Origin: Raja brachyura
Lineage: Eukaryota
Reading direction: 5' to 3'
Length of the DNA: 64,000 nucleotides
NCBI GenBank assembly: GCA_963514005.1
Contig: OY740804.1
Coordinates: 5,766,001-5,830,000 of the forward strand
Of this stretch, positions 1 to 11,500 are shown piece after piece; positions within the stretch are counted from its first letter, which is position 1; every line of letters starts with the position of its first letter. The notes below the pieces were generated by a model that worked only from the letters and a program-made list of their open reading frames with translations, was not told the origin of the DNA and ran no database searches. Made by a program: the position numbers and the translations under genes.

Positions 1-573
1 CACATCCTATCTGTGACTGCATGGGGTTTCTCTGGGTGCTCTGGTTTCCTCCCACATTCCAAAGATGTGCAGTTTTGTAGGTTGATTGGCTTCCATAAAT
101 TCTCCCCAGTGTGTAAGATATGAAAGTGGGATCACATAGAACTAATACAACGGTGATAGATGGACAGTATAGACTCGGTGGGCCAAAGAGTCGGTTACAA
201 CACTGTATTTAAACTAAACTTAAAATTCAGCAGTCTACATTCTGATGAAGAAATCATCGCCTATTCCTTTGCTCCGGAGATGCTGCCTGACCAGCTGAGA
301 TACTCCAGCTTTTTGTGGCTAATTTTATGGAAGCAGGTACAGGGGATGCTACTGCTTGTGCATCTGCCTCACAGCCCCTGTCGGCTGGGTTCAATTCCGA
401 ACTTCATTGCTTTTTGTGTGGAGTTTGCATGTTCTCTCTGCGACAGCATTGTTATCCTCGGGATTCTCCAGTGTCCTCCCACATCCCAGAGCATGCTGGG
501 TGGTAGGATAACTGCCAACAGTAACATGCAAGAGAATAGGTGAAGGGGTGTAGGTTGGGGGCAGATTAAGGAC

Positions 574-1384
574 AAAGTTCAAAGGACATTTATTATCACA
601 TACACCAATTGGTGTAGTGAAATGTGACTTGCCATTGCAGCACATAAATACAGATAAAACACTACATTAAAGAATGTAACAGTGAACATAAAAACATCCT
701 CCCACAATGGTTCCCACTGTGGGGGAAGGCAGCAAAGTTCAGTCCCATCCCCAGTTCACCCATAGTCGGGCCTATTGAGGCCTCTGCAGTTGCTGCTACG
801 GCAGCCCGATGCTTCAGGCCCTCTGGCCTCGGGAGAACATTCTCAGTGGCCCGGAGTGTCTGGAGCGGCAGCTTCCTCCTCGGAGTTCCCGAAGTCCACG
901 GGCCGCGCCAGTCGGAGCTCTGACTCTGGCGATCTCGTCATGAGATCCCAGGCTCCGCGGTGTTTAAAGCTCAGCGCCGCCCGCCCGCGGCTGGAAGCTC
1001 CACAGACCGCAGACCGCAGCTCCGCGATGTTCCAGTCGGCGGTCCCAGCCCTCCGGAGCCCATCGCACGGCGACCCGGGCAAGGCATCGCCCGCTCCATG
1101 ATCACGCTCCAGTGCTGTGTGCCGCCCCAAAGCTGAAGTCCCGGCCGGTCCCGGCAGGAAACGCCACTCCAGACTGCCGGTAGGCCGCGAGGGAGGGGCG
1201 AAGATACGGCCCGGAGAAAAGCCGCATCGCCATCCAGATAGGTACTGAGAAAATAGTTCCCCCCTTCCCACATAAAAAGACTAAAACCTCTCCAAAACAA
1301 ACACTTTTAACTAACTAAAAATTACAAAAAGAGTGAAAAGACTAACAGCTGCTGGCAGGGCAGCCATACTCGACGGCGCCCCCT
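574..1384 (-). mobile_element. GC/CpG-rich non-autonomous retro-element of a related design
   Basis: CpG-rich core, T-rich segment near the 5' end, and an AATAAA plus short-repeat tail on the minus strand. Confidence 0.5.
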
Positions 1385-1892
1385 ACTGATTAATGGGATT
1401 GTTCCAAGAGCTGTTATTGAATCGATGGGCCTAAAAGGTTTGGCAGGGTAGCTGCAGGGATGAGTCTTCCCCTTTTTTTAAGGTGCATCCGACTCAAAAT
1501 ATGAGGTCCGTCTTTCATGAAAGGGACAAGAAGAAGACTCTTTACAAAGAATCCTCGGTTATCTTACCAGGAGGCCATGAAGGCTCAATCACAGTAAAAA
1601 TCTATATTTTTATACAAAATTATAGGAAGCAAGGGATATGGAATCAGTTCACAAAACTGGTGCTGTGTCAATTATGATACCATTGAGTGGTGGAGTAAGT
1701 ACAAAGGGCCGAATGGTCTACTGAAGAGAGACACAAAGTATTGGAGTAATTTAGTGGGTCAGGCAGCATCTCTGGAGATAAAGGATAAGTGACATTTTAG
1801 GTTGGGACATTTCTTCAGACTATACTCTTGCTTTATGTTCTCTTCAAACTATGAGCACTGCATGGTATGATTTTTGGCACAGTGCTGTTATC

Positions 1893-2970
1893 TAGGAAAG
1901 AGTAGGAGTAAACGGGTCCTTTTCACAATGGCAGGCAGTGACTAGTGGAGTACCGCAAGGCTCAGTGCTGGGACCCCAGCTATTTACAATATATATTAAT
2001 GATCTGGATGAGGGAATTGAAGGCAATATCTCCAAGTTTGCGGATGACACTAAACTGGGGGACAGTGTTAGCTGTGAGAAGGATGCTTGGAGACTGCAAG
2101 GTGACTTGGATAGGCTGGGTGAGTGGACAAATGTTTGGCAGATGCAGTATAATGTGGATAAATGTGAGGTTATCCACTTTGGTGGCAAAAACAGGAAAGC
2201 AGACTATTATCTAAATGGAGGCCGATTAGGAAAAGGGGAGATGCAGCGAGACCTGGGTGTCATGGTACACCAGTCATTGAAAGTAGGCATGCAGGTGCAG
2301 CAGGCAGTGAAGAAAGCGAATGGTATGTTAGCTTTCATAGCAAAAGGATTTGAGTATAGGAGCAGGGAGGTTCTACTTCAGTTGCACAGGGTCTTGGTGA
2401 GACCACACCTGGAGTATTGCGTACAGTTTTGGTCTCCAAATCTGAGGAAGGACATTATTGCCATAGAGGGAGTGCAGAGAAGGTTCACCAGACTGATTCC
2501 TGGGATGTCAGGACTGTCTTATGAAGAAAGACTGGATAGACTCGGTTTATACTCTCAAGAATTTAGGAGATTAAGAGGGGATCTTATAGAAACTTACAAA
2601 ATTCTTAAGGGGTTGGACAGGCTAGATGCAGGAAGATTGTTCCCGATGTTGGGGAAGTCCAGGACAAGGGGTCACATCTTAAGGATAAGGGGGAAATCCT
2701 TTAACACCGAGATGCAAAATACTTTTTTCACACAGAGAGTGGTGAGTCTCTGGAACTCTCTGCCACAGAGGGTAGTTGAGGCCAGTTCATTGGCTATATT
2801 TAAGAGGGAGTTAGATTTGGCCCTTGTGGCTAAGGGGATCAGAGGGTATGGAGAGAAGGCAGGTACGGGATACTGAGTTGGATGATCAGCCATGATCATA
2901 TTGAATGGCGGTGAAGGCTCGAAGTGCCGAATGACCTACTCCTGCACCTAATTTCTATGTTTCTATGTTT
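1893..2970 (+). mobile_element. 5'-truncated CR1 (HER1-like) LINE with an open RT C-terminal ORF
   Basis: ORF 1938-2876: [23 protein letters not shown]. (TTCTATG) tail. Confidence 0.93.
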
Positions 2971-3604
2971 TTATCTTAGTTGAATGTTGTTTCAAACAAT
3001 AAAGGAAGTTCTATTAGATGCTCTGTTTTGTTGGCAGCTTTTTCTCCATTAACCTGTGGCACAGTGGCGCAGCTGGTAGAGCTGCTGCCTCACATCGCCA
3101 GAGACCCGGGATCCATAAATCTCTCAGTTACTTAGTCAGACATGATTTCACTCTCATAAATGCACCATAACCCTGTCCCAATTGCTTGCTAAGATCACAT
3201 TAACTTTTCCTTGAAAACAAATATGGAAGTGAGATGCTGAAATATTCTATTTTGGATTTTCCCATGCGGAGTGTCTCACTTCCCTTTTTTTCTTTCTGAG
3301 AAAATATATTGAAGGCGTTCAAAACACGTCTCCTCCCAGGGATCCTTACTAATTGAATTTGCCTAACCTAATGTGTATTGAACTCAGACATAATCATTTG
3401 ATGACCACTATTAGTTCTTTACTGATTGTGTGTTCAATCGTACACCTGCTGTACCAGGGTCAAGATGCAACAAGCGATGCTTTTAAGTTGTTAGTAATTC
3501 TTATCGCCACACAGGCTGTCTTTTAGGGCAGCAATCTGTCTTGAAATAGATTAAAGTGAGATATAATTATTTCATTATCTTCTTTGTCCTATATTAACAC
3601 AGTG

Positions 3605-4246
3605 TCCGATTGTATACCAACCTCCCTTCCATTGACTCCATCTACATTACACGCTGCCTTGGCAAGGTCACCAGCAAAATCAGGGATGAGTCACACCCTG
3701 GACACTCCCTCTTCTCCCCTCTCCCATCAGGCAAGAGGTACAGAAATGTGAAAATGCATACCTCCAGATTCAGGTCAGTTTCTTCCCAGTTGTTAACAGA
3801 AAATCCTCTCTCTGACTAGATACCAGTCCTAACCTCCCATTTACGTCATTGGAGACCATCAGACTATCTTTTCCCAAAATATACTGGACTTTATCTTGCA
3901 TCAAATGTTATTCACTTTATCCTGTATCCGTACACTGTGGATGTCTGATTGCAATCATGCATAGGTGGACAGAACTGCTGTAGAAACTCAGCGGGTGAGG
4001 CAGCAACTATGGAGCGAAGGAACAGGTGACCTAGGCTCTCGACCCGAAATGTCGCCTATTCCTTCACTCCATAGGTGCTGCCTCACCCGCTGAGTTTCTC
4101 CAGCATTTTTGTCTACCTTCGATTTTTCCAACATCTGCAGTTCTTTCTGAAACAGTAATCATGCATAGTCTGTCTGCTGACTGGAGAGCATGCAACAAAA
4201 AGCTTCTCACTGTACCTCAGTACACGTAACGATAAATTAAACTAAA
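3605..4246 (+). mobile_element. Rex/Babar-like LINE 3' fragment with a Penelope-derived insert at about 3964-4153
   Basis: DESHPGHSLFSPLPSGKRYR. Related minus-strand pieces at about 41000-41305, 42520-42765 and 48960-49250. Confidence 0.65.
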
Positions 4247-4477
4247 GTTTCCAACCGGACTGTGAATGACATCCTGGCCAAAGATTTTGTGAACTGAGCA
4301 CGAAGGGATTTTTAACAACTTACAATGTTGTTGAGGTTTAGTCGGAAATCCAATCCGCCTCCCAACCAGTAAGGCTTGCTGGGGAAATCTAACTTTTAGC
4401 AATTGTGAGTCAAGTTTGTACTGGGTTACTTAGCTGGTTGCAAGAATCAAACTTGGAATGAAGCAAAACCCATCAGG

Positions 4478-4750
4478 AACAGTGGCACAGCGCCAGAGAC
4501 CTGGATTCGATCCCGACTTCAGGCGCTGCCAGGGTGGAGTTTGCACATTGTCCCTGCGACCACATGGGAGCTCGCCGGGTGCTCTGGTTTCCTCCTACAT
4601 CCCAAATATGCACAGGTTTGTAGGTTCGTTTGCATCTGTAAATTTCCCCCAGTGTGTAGGATGTGAATATGGGATAACATTGAACTACAATGGTGTGGAA
4701 TTGGTTGGCCCGAAGGAACTGCGTCCATGCTGTATCTCTAAACGAAATTA
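4478..4750 (+). mobile_element. tRNA-derived SINE (HE1-like)
   Basis: A/B-box-like head (gtggcacag..gattcgatccc), conserved core, CR1-like tail. Further copies at about 1-225, 38705-38915 and 60780-61098 (+), and 10070-10320, 33915-34170, 55540-55812 and 63655-63830 (-). Confidence 0.75.
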
Positions 4751-5558
4751 AATCGCCCATCATTAACAAGCTCCAAACATGAGAAGAAACCTGCCCTGAG
4801 AGCAAAGTCCCAGCCAGGATCACATCCACCACAGTTCAGAACAAATCCCACGAACATCAGCATGTCTTGCCCACCACAAGTAGCCTGCCAATGAGCCATT
4901 CTTTGTCCAAGGGTTATCAGAGGGTTGGGTGTGGGTCTATGCTACCTTTCCTGAAGACCTCTGTAGCCAACATGCAGCATAGACACAGTGGTCCTCTCTC
5001 AACTACATAATGAGCTGATTCAGATTTACCTTTATTGTCATTCAGACCTTTCGGTCTGAATGAAATTTCGTGCCTACAATCAGACATGTAATAAAAGTAA
5101 CAAAAACACACAATAAACACAAATTTTACATCCACCACAGCGAGTTCACCAAACACCTCCTCACTGTGATGGAAGGCAAAAGTCTTAGTCTTTGTCTCTT
5201 CCCTCCTTGTTCTCCCTCTGCGCTGATGTGCAGGTGTGCCCAGAGTTGGCACAATCCCTTCTGACTTTGTCCAGTTATCTGGACCTCATAAGTTCATAAG
5301 TCATGGGAGCTGCATGGAGTCATAGCGTAACTACATTCTATCATATGATGAACATTCACTATAGATTCATGCAATTATTTATAGCCAATGAGAACTTCTA
5401 GTCATTTGTCAGCAATTGGCTCACTCTTGTTTCACAACCAGGTTTCCTGTTGCTTTCTTCATCATTTATATTGTAACATGTCTTGTTGATGGGTGTTTAG
5501 TTCTCTGGACTAAGAGTTAAACGATAAACGTCCCAGCATAGGGTCTTCATCTAAAACG

Positions 5559-5595
5559 ATGTTGGTGCCAATTCTTCTTATTTGTTTCTTGCCCG
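5559..5595 (+). CDS. Gene A signal-peptide exon (MLVPILLICFLP)
   Basis: ATG plus 37 nt, hydrophobic, then G|gtgagt. Same length and phase as the leaders at 24358 and 40442. Confidence 0.8.
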
Positions 5596-8500
5596 GTGAG
5601 TAACATTCAGAATTGGACATTCTGATAATTAGTATTGGTTTGCGCGTTATAGATTGTTTCCACTGCAGAGATGCAGTGCTTTTAATGTTTAATGTTTTGT
5701 GCATCATTCCTAACTGTCACTGTATGTCATGTTGTCACTTGCGGGCGGAGCACCAAGGCAAATTCCTTGTTTGTGAATACTTGCCCAATAAAGTTATTCA
5801 TTCATTTATTCATTCAGATGGTTAAAAATGTGTAGCCACGTAAAGCTGCAAAATGTTCAGCACATAATAATAGGACCAGTATTGGAATATAGGCACGTAA
5901 ACACACTCTCTCGCTGTAACATGGTACTACACAAATCATCACCCATGTATCCAATGTGTACTTCAAATAGCCCTTGCTTTACCTCTGTCTCCACCCCCTC
6001 CCCTTTCCCAGTTCTCTCACCAGTCTTACTGTCTCCAACTACATTCTTCCTGCCAACTTCACTGACATCAGTCTGAAGAACAGTCTCGACCCGAAACGCC
6101 ACCCATTCCTTCTCTCCAGAGATGCTGCCTGTCCTGCTAAGTTACTCCAGCATTAGTGTCTACCAGCGGCATGATTGTTGATTTCTCAAACTGCAAGGAA
6201 CCGTTGCATTCCCTCTCTCTCCGTCCCTCCCCCACCCTAGTTTTCTTGCTAATTTCACCAATATTTATTCCTTTATTATCACCTCATCCCCAGCCAACAA
6301 TGGACCATTGTGGACTCCACCTTTCTTGAGTTATCGATGTGGGTTCTACGTTGTTCTGTACTTTCCCATACCCCTAGTTTCACCCTCCCTGACTCACAGT
6401 CTGATGAAGGGTCTCGACCCAAAATGATTCCTATTCAAATTTCTCCAGAGATGCTACCTGACTCGCTGAGTTACTCCAGGATTTTGTGTCTATCCGAGAC
6501 TATGATTGATTGTGAAATAAGCAAAATGGGAGTTTATTTTTAGTAAGTTCATCCAAGTAATAGCTTCAAAGTGTAGATGCACCCATTCCATTTTGTAAAC
6601 ACTTTAACAGTTTCCTAGTTCTTATTAAAAGCTGTTGTGGAATAACATTGTCTCCACATAGGTTATCTCCAAATTATACTACACCGATTATTTAATATAT
6701 GATGTATGAAAAATAAAATGGCTCCAGATCATGGGTGAAGAAATTAAATGAGAAACTTGACTGTTTCAACAGCATTCTCGACATTAGTAATGAGTTTTCA
6801 TGTATCATATATATGGTCTACATATTGGAATACCATAGTGGTATACAGACACACTGAACTTTGGTGGACAGAAGATCCTGTTTCCGCGCTGTATCTTCAA
6901 AGTAAAGTGTAAAGTCAGTTGTTCAAGGCAGTGGAGGGTGACCCAGGGATTCATCCTAGATCTCTTGAGTTGAAAGTAACCCTAGAATGTACTGATCCGG
7001 GTGGGGGGGAAGTACAGACATGGCTGGTCCAACAATGCCAATGACTGCACTTCAGACTAAAGTCATTGGGGAACAAGGGCAGAATAGGGCCATGCATGGA
7101 GAGGGAAAGCAAATTGGTGGATGATCAAGGAGGCTTCCCCTCCCCCTTCTCATTACCACCTCTCCCCTCCCTTTACCACCCCTCCCCTCCCCCACCACCA
7201 CCACCCCCTCTCTGCCAGGTTTCCCCTTCCTACTAAAGTTTGCCTGGATAAAGGTCCTGACACAAAACGTCACCTGCCCATTCCCTCCACAGATGCTGCC
7301 TGACCTGCTGAGTTACACTTTTTTTTAATACAAATACTTTTACTTAGAAACAAAACAAACATACAAAAAAAAGTTACACAATCAAAACAGCCTTTGTGGC
7401 ATTTTACAAAATAACAGTCATCAATTTTAAAATAACATTGTCATCATCGGGATTACATTCGACCTCCCGCGGCGACCAGCATTCACGGAAGGCCTGCAAA
7501 GTCACTGAGTTACACCGGGACTTTGTGTTGGGCTCAAAGGTAAGTGAATGTCCACACACGGGTTCGACCATTCAGCCCCACGCAGATGTGCAGACATTTC
7601 ACCCATGCCTCTTCCTCCCTTTCCCCCTTGTCCACTGCCAAATATACCCCTCTCTCTGACTTTACATTTTGCTTCTCTGCTCTCTTATCTTACAACCTTT
7701 GGACCACTTTTCACCTCCAGTCTTTGTCCACCCGTGAACCAGTCCAAATCCCCCCCCCCCCCCCCCCCCTCATCTGTGTCTACTTGTTATGCTGCCTATC
7801 CCGCTGAGTTACTCCAGCATTTTGTCCCTATCTTCCACCTGTCACTTGCCAGGCTTTATCCCATCCCCACCTCTCTTCCAGCTTTCCCCACCCTACTCTA
7901 ATCAGCCTGAAGAAGGGTCCCAACCTGACAAGTCACGTGTCCATTCCCGCCACAGATGCAGTCTGATCTGCTGAGTTACACCGGCACTTTGTGTTTGGCT
8001 CAAGGGTAAGTGTATGTCCACACACGAGTTGGACCATTCGGCCCATCGGTGGTTAGAGTGGGTGGGCCAGCATAAGCTGTGTTAAGTAGATTTGTTCCGT
8101 ACATTTTCCTAACATGTTACCTTTCAGTTTCAGGTGCACTGTGGGCAAAGAAATATGTAAGAGGAGTTGTGGGAAAATATATCACAATCGATTGTCACTA
8201 TGCAGCAGAGCACCGCTCACACACAAAGTACTGGTGTCACGGGTGGACTCGCTGGTGCACAGTTTTAGTGGAAACAAATGGGCAACACGGACGGAGTGGA
8301 AGAGTGTCAATCACAGATAACCCGGCACGAGGAATATTTACTGTGACTGTGGAGGATCTTCACTCTGGAGATAGAGGATGGTACAGATGTGGAATTACTA
8401 AACCTGGCTTTGATCCAATGTTTGAAGTTCATCTCCAAGTATCTGGCGGTACGTTTCGCAGCGATTGACTTGACGTCTCCACTGAAACGCCTAATCCATG

Positions 8501-11500
8501 TTTTCTCCGGGTAGGGTCAGGGCAGCACCAATATCCCGAGGCTCCGCAGCAGTGCAGAGGCCTGCGGGGAGCGGGCGGGGGTCGGGAAACCCCCACTCAT
8601 GTTGCTCTCACCCAGTGCGGGCTCTGTCCCACTGAGCGGCCACACACTTCAAGTGGGATGCTCAGCACATGTCCCTGCCTCTGCACGGGCTTGTAAGACA
8701 AGTGTCGATGGCGTGTGTTGGTCAGCGCGAGCAACTTGGGTGGAAGGGCCAGTTTCTACGCTGTATGAATCTGTACCCATATGAAAGATTCCAAACTGGT
8801 GGCTCTGGCTGAGATGAAGATGAGGTGAAAATTGTAGTGTCTCATTTTCAGATGTTCACTCAGTGTCTCACTACCTGCTCTATTCCCACAGAAACCCTGT
8901 CTGTTCCTGTGCTTGGATTTTTGTCACCAGCCATTGTCTCCTGTCTCGGGGCCTCAGTGACAGTGTCCTGTGAGTCGGTCCGGGGATCCCTTCCCATTAG
9001 CTACACCTGGTATGAAAAGACCCCATCTGGGGATTCAAAGATCTCAGACAACAATAACCTGGATCTACATTGTCAATCATTCCAACACCAGCACCATCAA
9101 TATTATTGCACAGCCTCAAATCAATGTGGATCAAAAACCAGTGAAATGGTCAACGTGTCCATCTCCAGCAGTGACGTGCCTTGCAGTTTCCTTGTGAAAA
9201 CCTACGGCGCTGGTAAGTAGTGGAGGGAATGAGGACAAGAAGGGGAAGTGGGGGTGGGGTGGTTCATAAGATCATGTGGTAGAAGCCTAAATAGACCATT
9301 TAATCATGGCTGATCTATCTTCCCCTCTTCACCCCATTCTCCTGCCTTCTCCCCATAACCCCCGTCACCATGAAATCAATGCACGTTATTTAATTAACTT
9401 ATCAATATTAAAACGATGGAATTATGGTTCATTTGTCAATACTTGGTTGCTGAGCTCCAGAAATAGATTTGACAGTGCTGTCAAATAGACAGTGCTGATA
9501 TAGGCCAGCTTCCTGACTCGAACTACCTCTTATGTTCACACAGCTTTAAACTAGGTTTGCAGTGACATCAGTCCAAGCAAATTCACTTTCCCACCAACAT
9601 CTCCACATGATCCACACTCTGATATGATAAGGGATCAGAAATTATCCGTAAATGTGGCCACAGTTATCTTCTAGACGACAGTATCAGATTTGGTCCACTG
9701 TGTTAATGTTGACCATTCAGTACCATCGATACTAATCCCATTTACCAGCACCTCGTCCATTGTGGCTATTCAGGTACCTCTATCTTCTCGGTTTACATTT
9801 TTTTCTTGATACCCTTGAACCATCCTGCTCCTTTACTTAACCATGTGTTCTCCACTTTTACACATATCTGCCATGCAATATGTTCCATAAAATACCCTGT
9901 CTCTGCTGCTCACAGTTTTGCACACCTGTAATAGGTTCTCCCTTGCTCACCTGTTCTGCATGGAATTTTGTAAGACCCTTATCCAGCCCCTCCCCATAAC
10001 TATAATATTTCATCCCAAATGTGAAAATTGGGATGAAATTACACTAAATGTGAAATTGCACCCTTTTGATTAGTTTATGGATACATCGTGGAAGCAGGCT
10101 CTTCGGCCCACTGAGTACGCAACGTACACTAGTTCCATGGGGACAAGTTATAGAAGCCAATTAACCAACAATCTTGCAAGACTTCAGAATGCGGGGGAAA
10201 CTGGAGTGCTTGGAGAAAACGCATGCAGTCACGGGGAGGAGGTACAAATTCAGTACAGACAGCATCCGTAGTCAGGATCGAACCCATGCCTCTGGCGCTG
10301 TAAGGCAGCAACTCTACTACTATCAACACCTGGCACCAGAGTTGTTACCAGCACTCCAGCTTGTTATGATAACATCTTCCATTTGCTGCAAATCACATTG
10401 AAGAAGCATTACCCTGTCCCTATCATTACCCTATCAACTCCTTACATCAGAAAATCATACCTCCTTGTTCAACTGCAAGTGAAAAGCAGTGAAACTGTCT
10501 TTTATTTCCATGTTCCAACAGGTCATGAATATTCTTGTGAACATTTGAAAACATCCAATTACTCTGCAAGGTAAACCGCTCTGTTTCCAATGAAAGTTAC
10601 ATTGTACTAATTCCTGCTGTGCTAATTGGGAATGGTTTAATTGGGAGAAAGTTGTGCCTTCCTTTCACTGGCACATGTGTAAGAGTATTGATCTGAAAGC
10701 ACAGTGGCACAGCCTGTAGAATCACAGCCTCACAACGCCATGACATAGGTTCATTAGATGCTGTACCGCTGTCCATGTGTGATCTGTAAGTTTTGCCTTC
10801 AATTGTGTTGGTTTCATGTAAGTGCGCCAGTTTACTCCCAGCTCCTGAAGACGTGTCAGTTGTAAATTGCCCCGTGTGTACAGGAGAACGGTTGAATCTG
10901 TGAAGAGTGGGTGGGGCGAGGAGGGGAGGTGGGGGAGTTGTTGGACGGTAGTGGTAGTTGATGAGAAAGTGGGGAAAATAAAAATAGGATTGACACAGGA
11001 ATCATGTGAAAGCAGTTGACCGAACGGCCAAATTGCCTGTTTCTATACTGTGTTTCTCAATGGGACTTTGATCCAAGGAACCCAAATATCAGGAAGCATA
11101 ATCAATGTTTGTACATGTTTCAAGCCTGACACCAAATATAAATGTATCTCTTAAGTATTATTTAGTAATATATATAATTTGCAAACCAGTTATTAGTTAG
11201 CTCGTCAGAAGGGGATTTACACTGGGTTTATATCTCATTGTGTTGTGTATATGCTTGGATGATAAGAACAAGTTCCTCTATTTGCTGTTTTCAGAGAGCG
11301 CTCCCTGCAGTATTCACCATGACTTATCCATCACTAACCTCATCCCATGCTGTGAGATGAATATAGTTGCCAAACCCAAGTCTTGCAGTTTACCTTTGCT
11401 GAGACTTGCTCTGGTGTGGCGTTGATAGGAACTCCACTTGATATCACTTGTGGCAAAACCTTGCTATTGATGGGGTCATACACCAAAAATACTCTGGCGT

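Noticed and set aside
775-1300. Overlapping GC-rich ORFs here and at 28143-28621 and 37460-37945
   Set aside because: They are open in several frames on both strands because of GC-rich repeat DNA, with no protein motifs.
3058-3115. tRNA-like sequence
   Set aside because: It is the truncated head of the tRNA-derived SINE and no complete cloverleaf is present.
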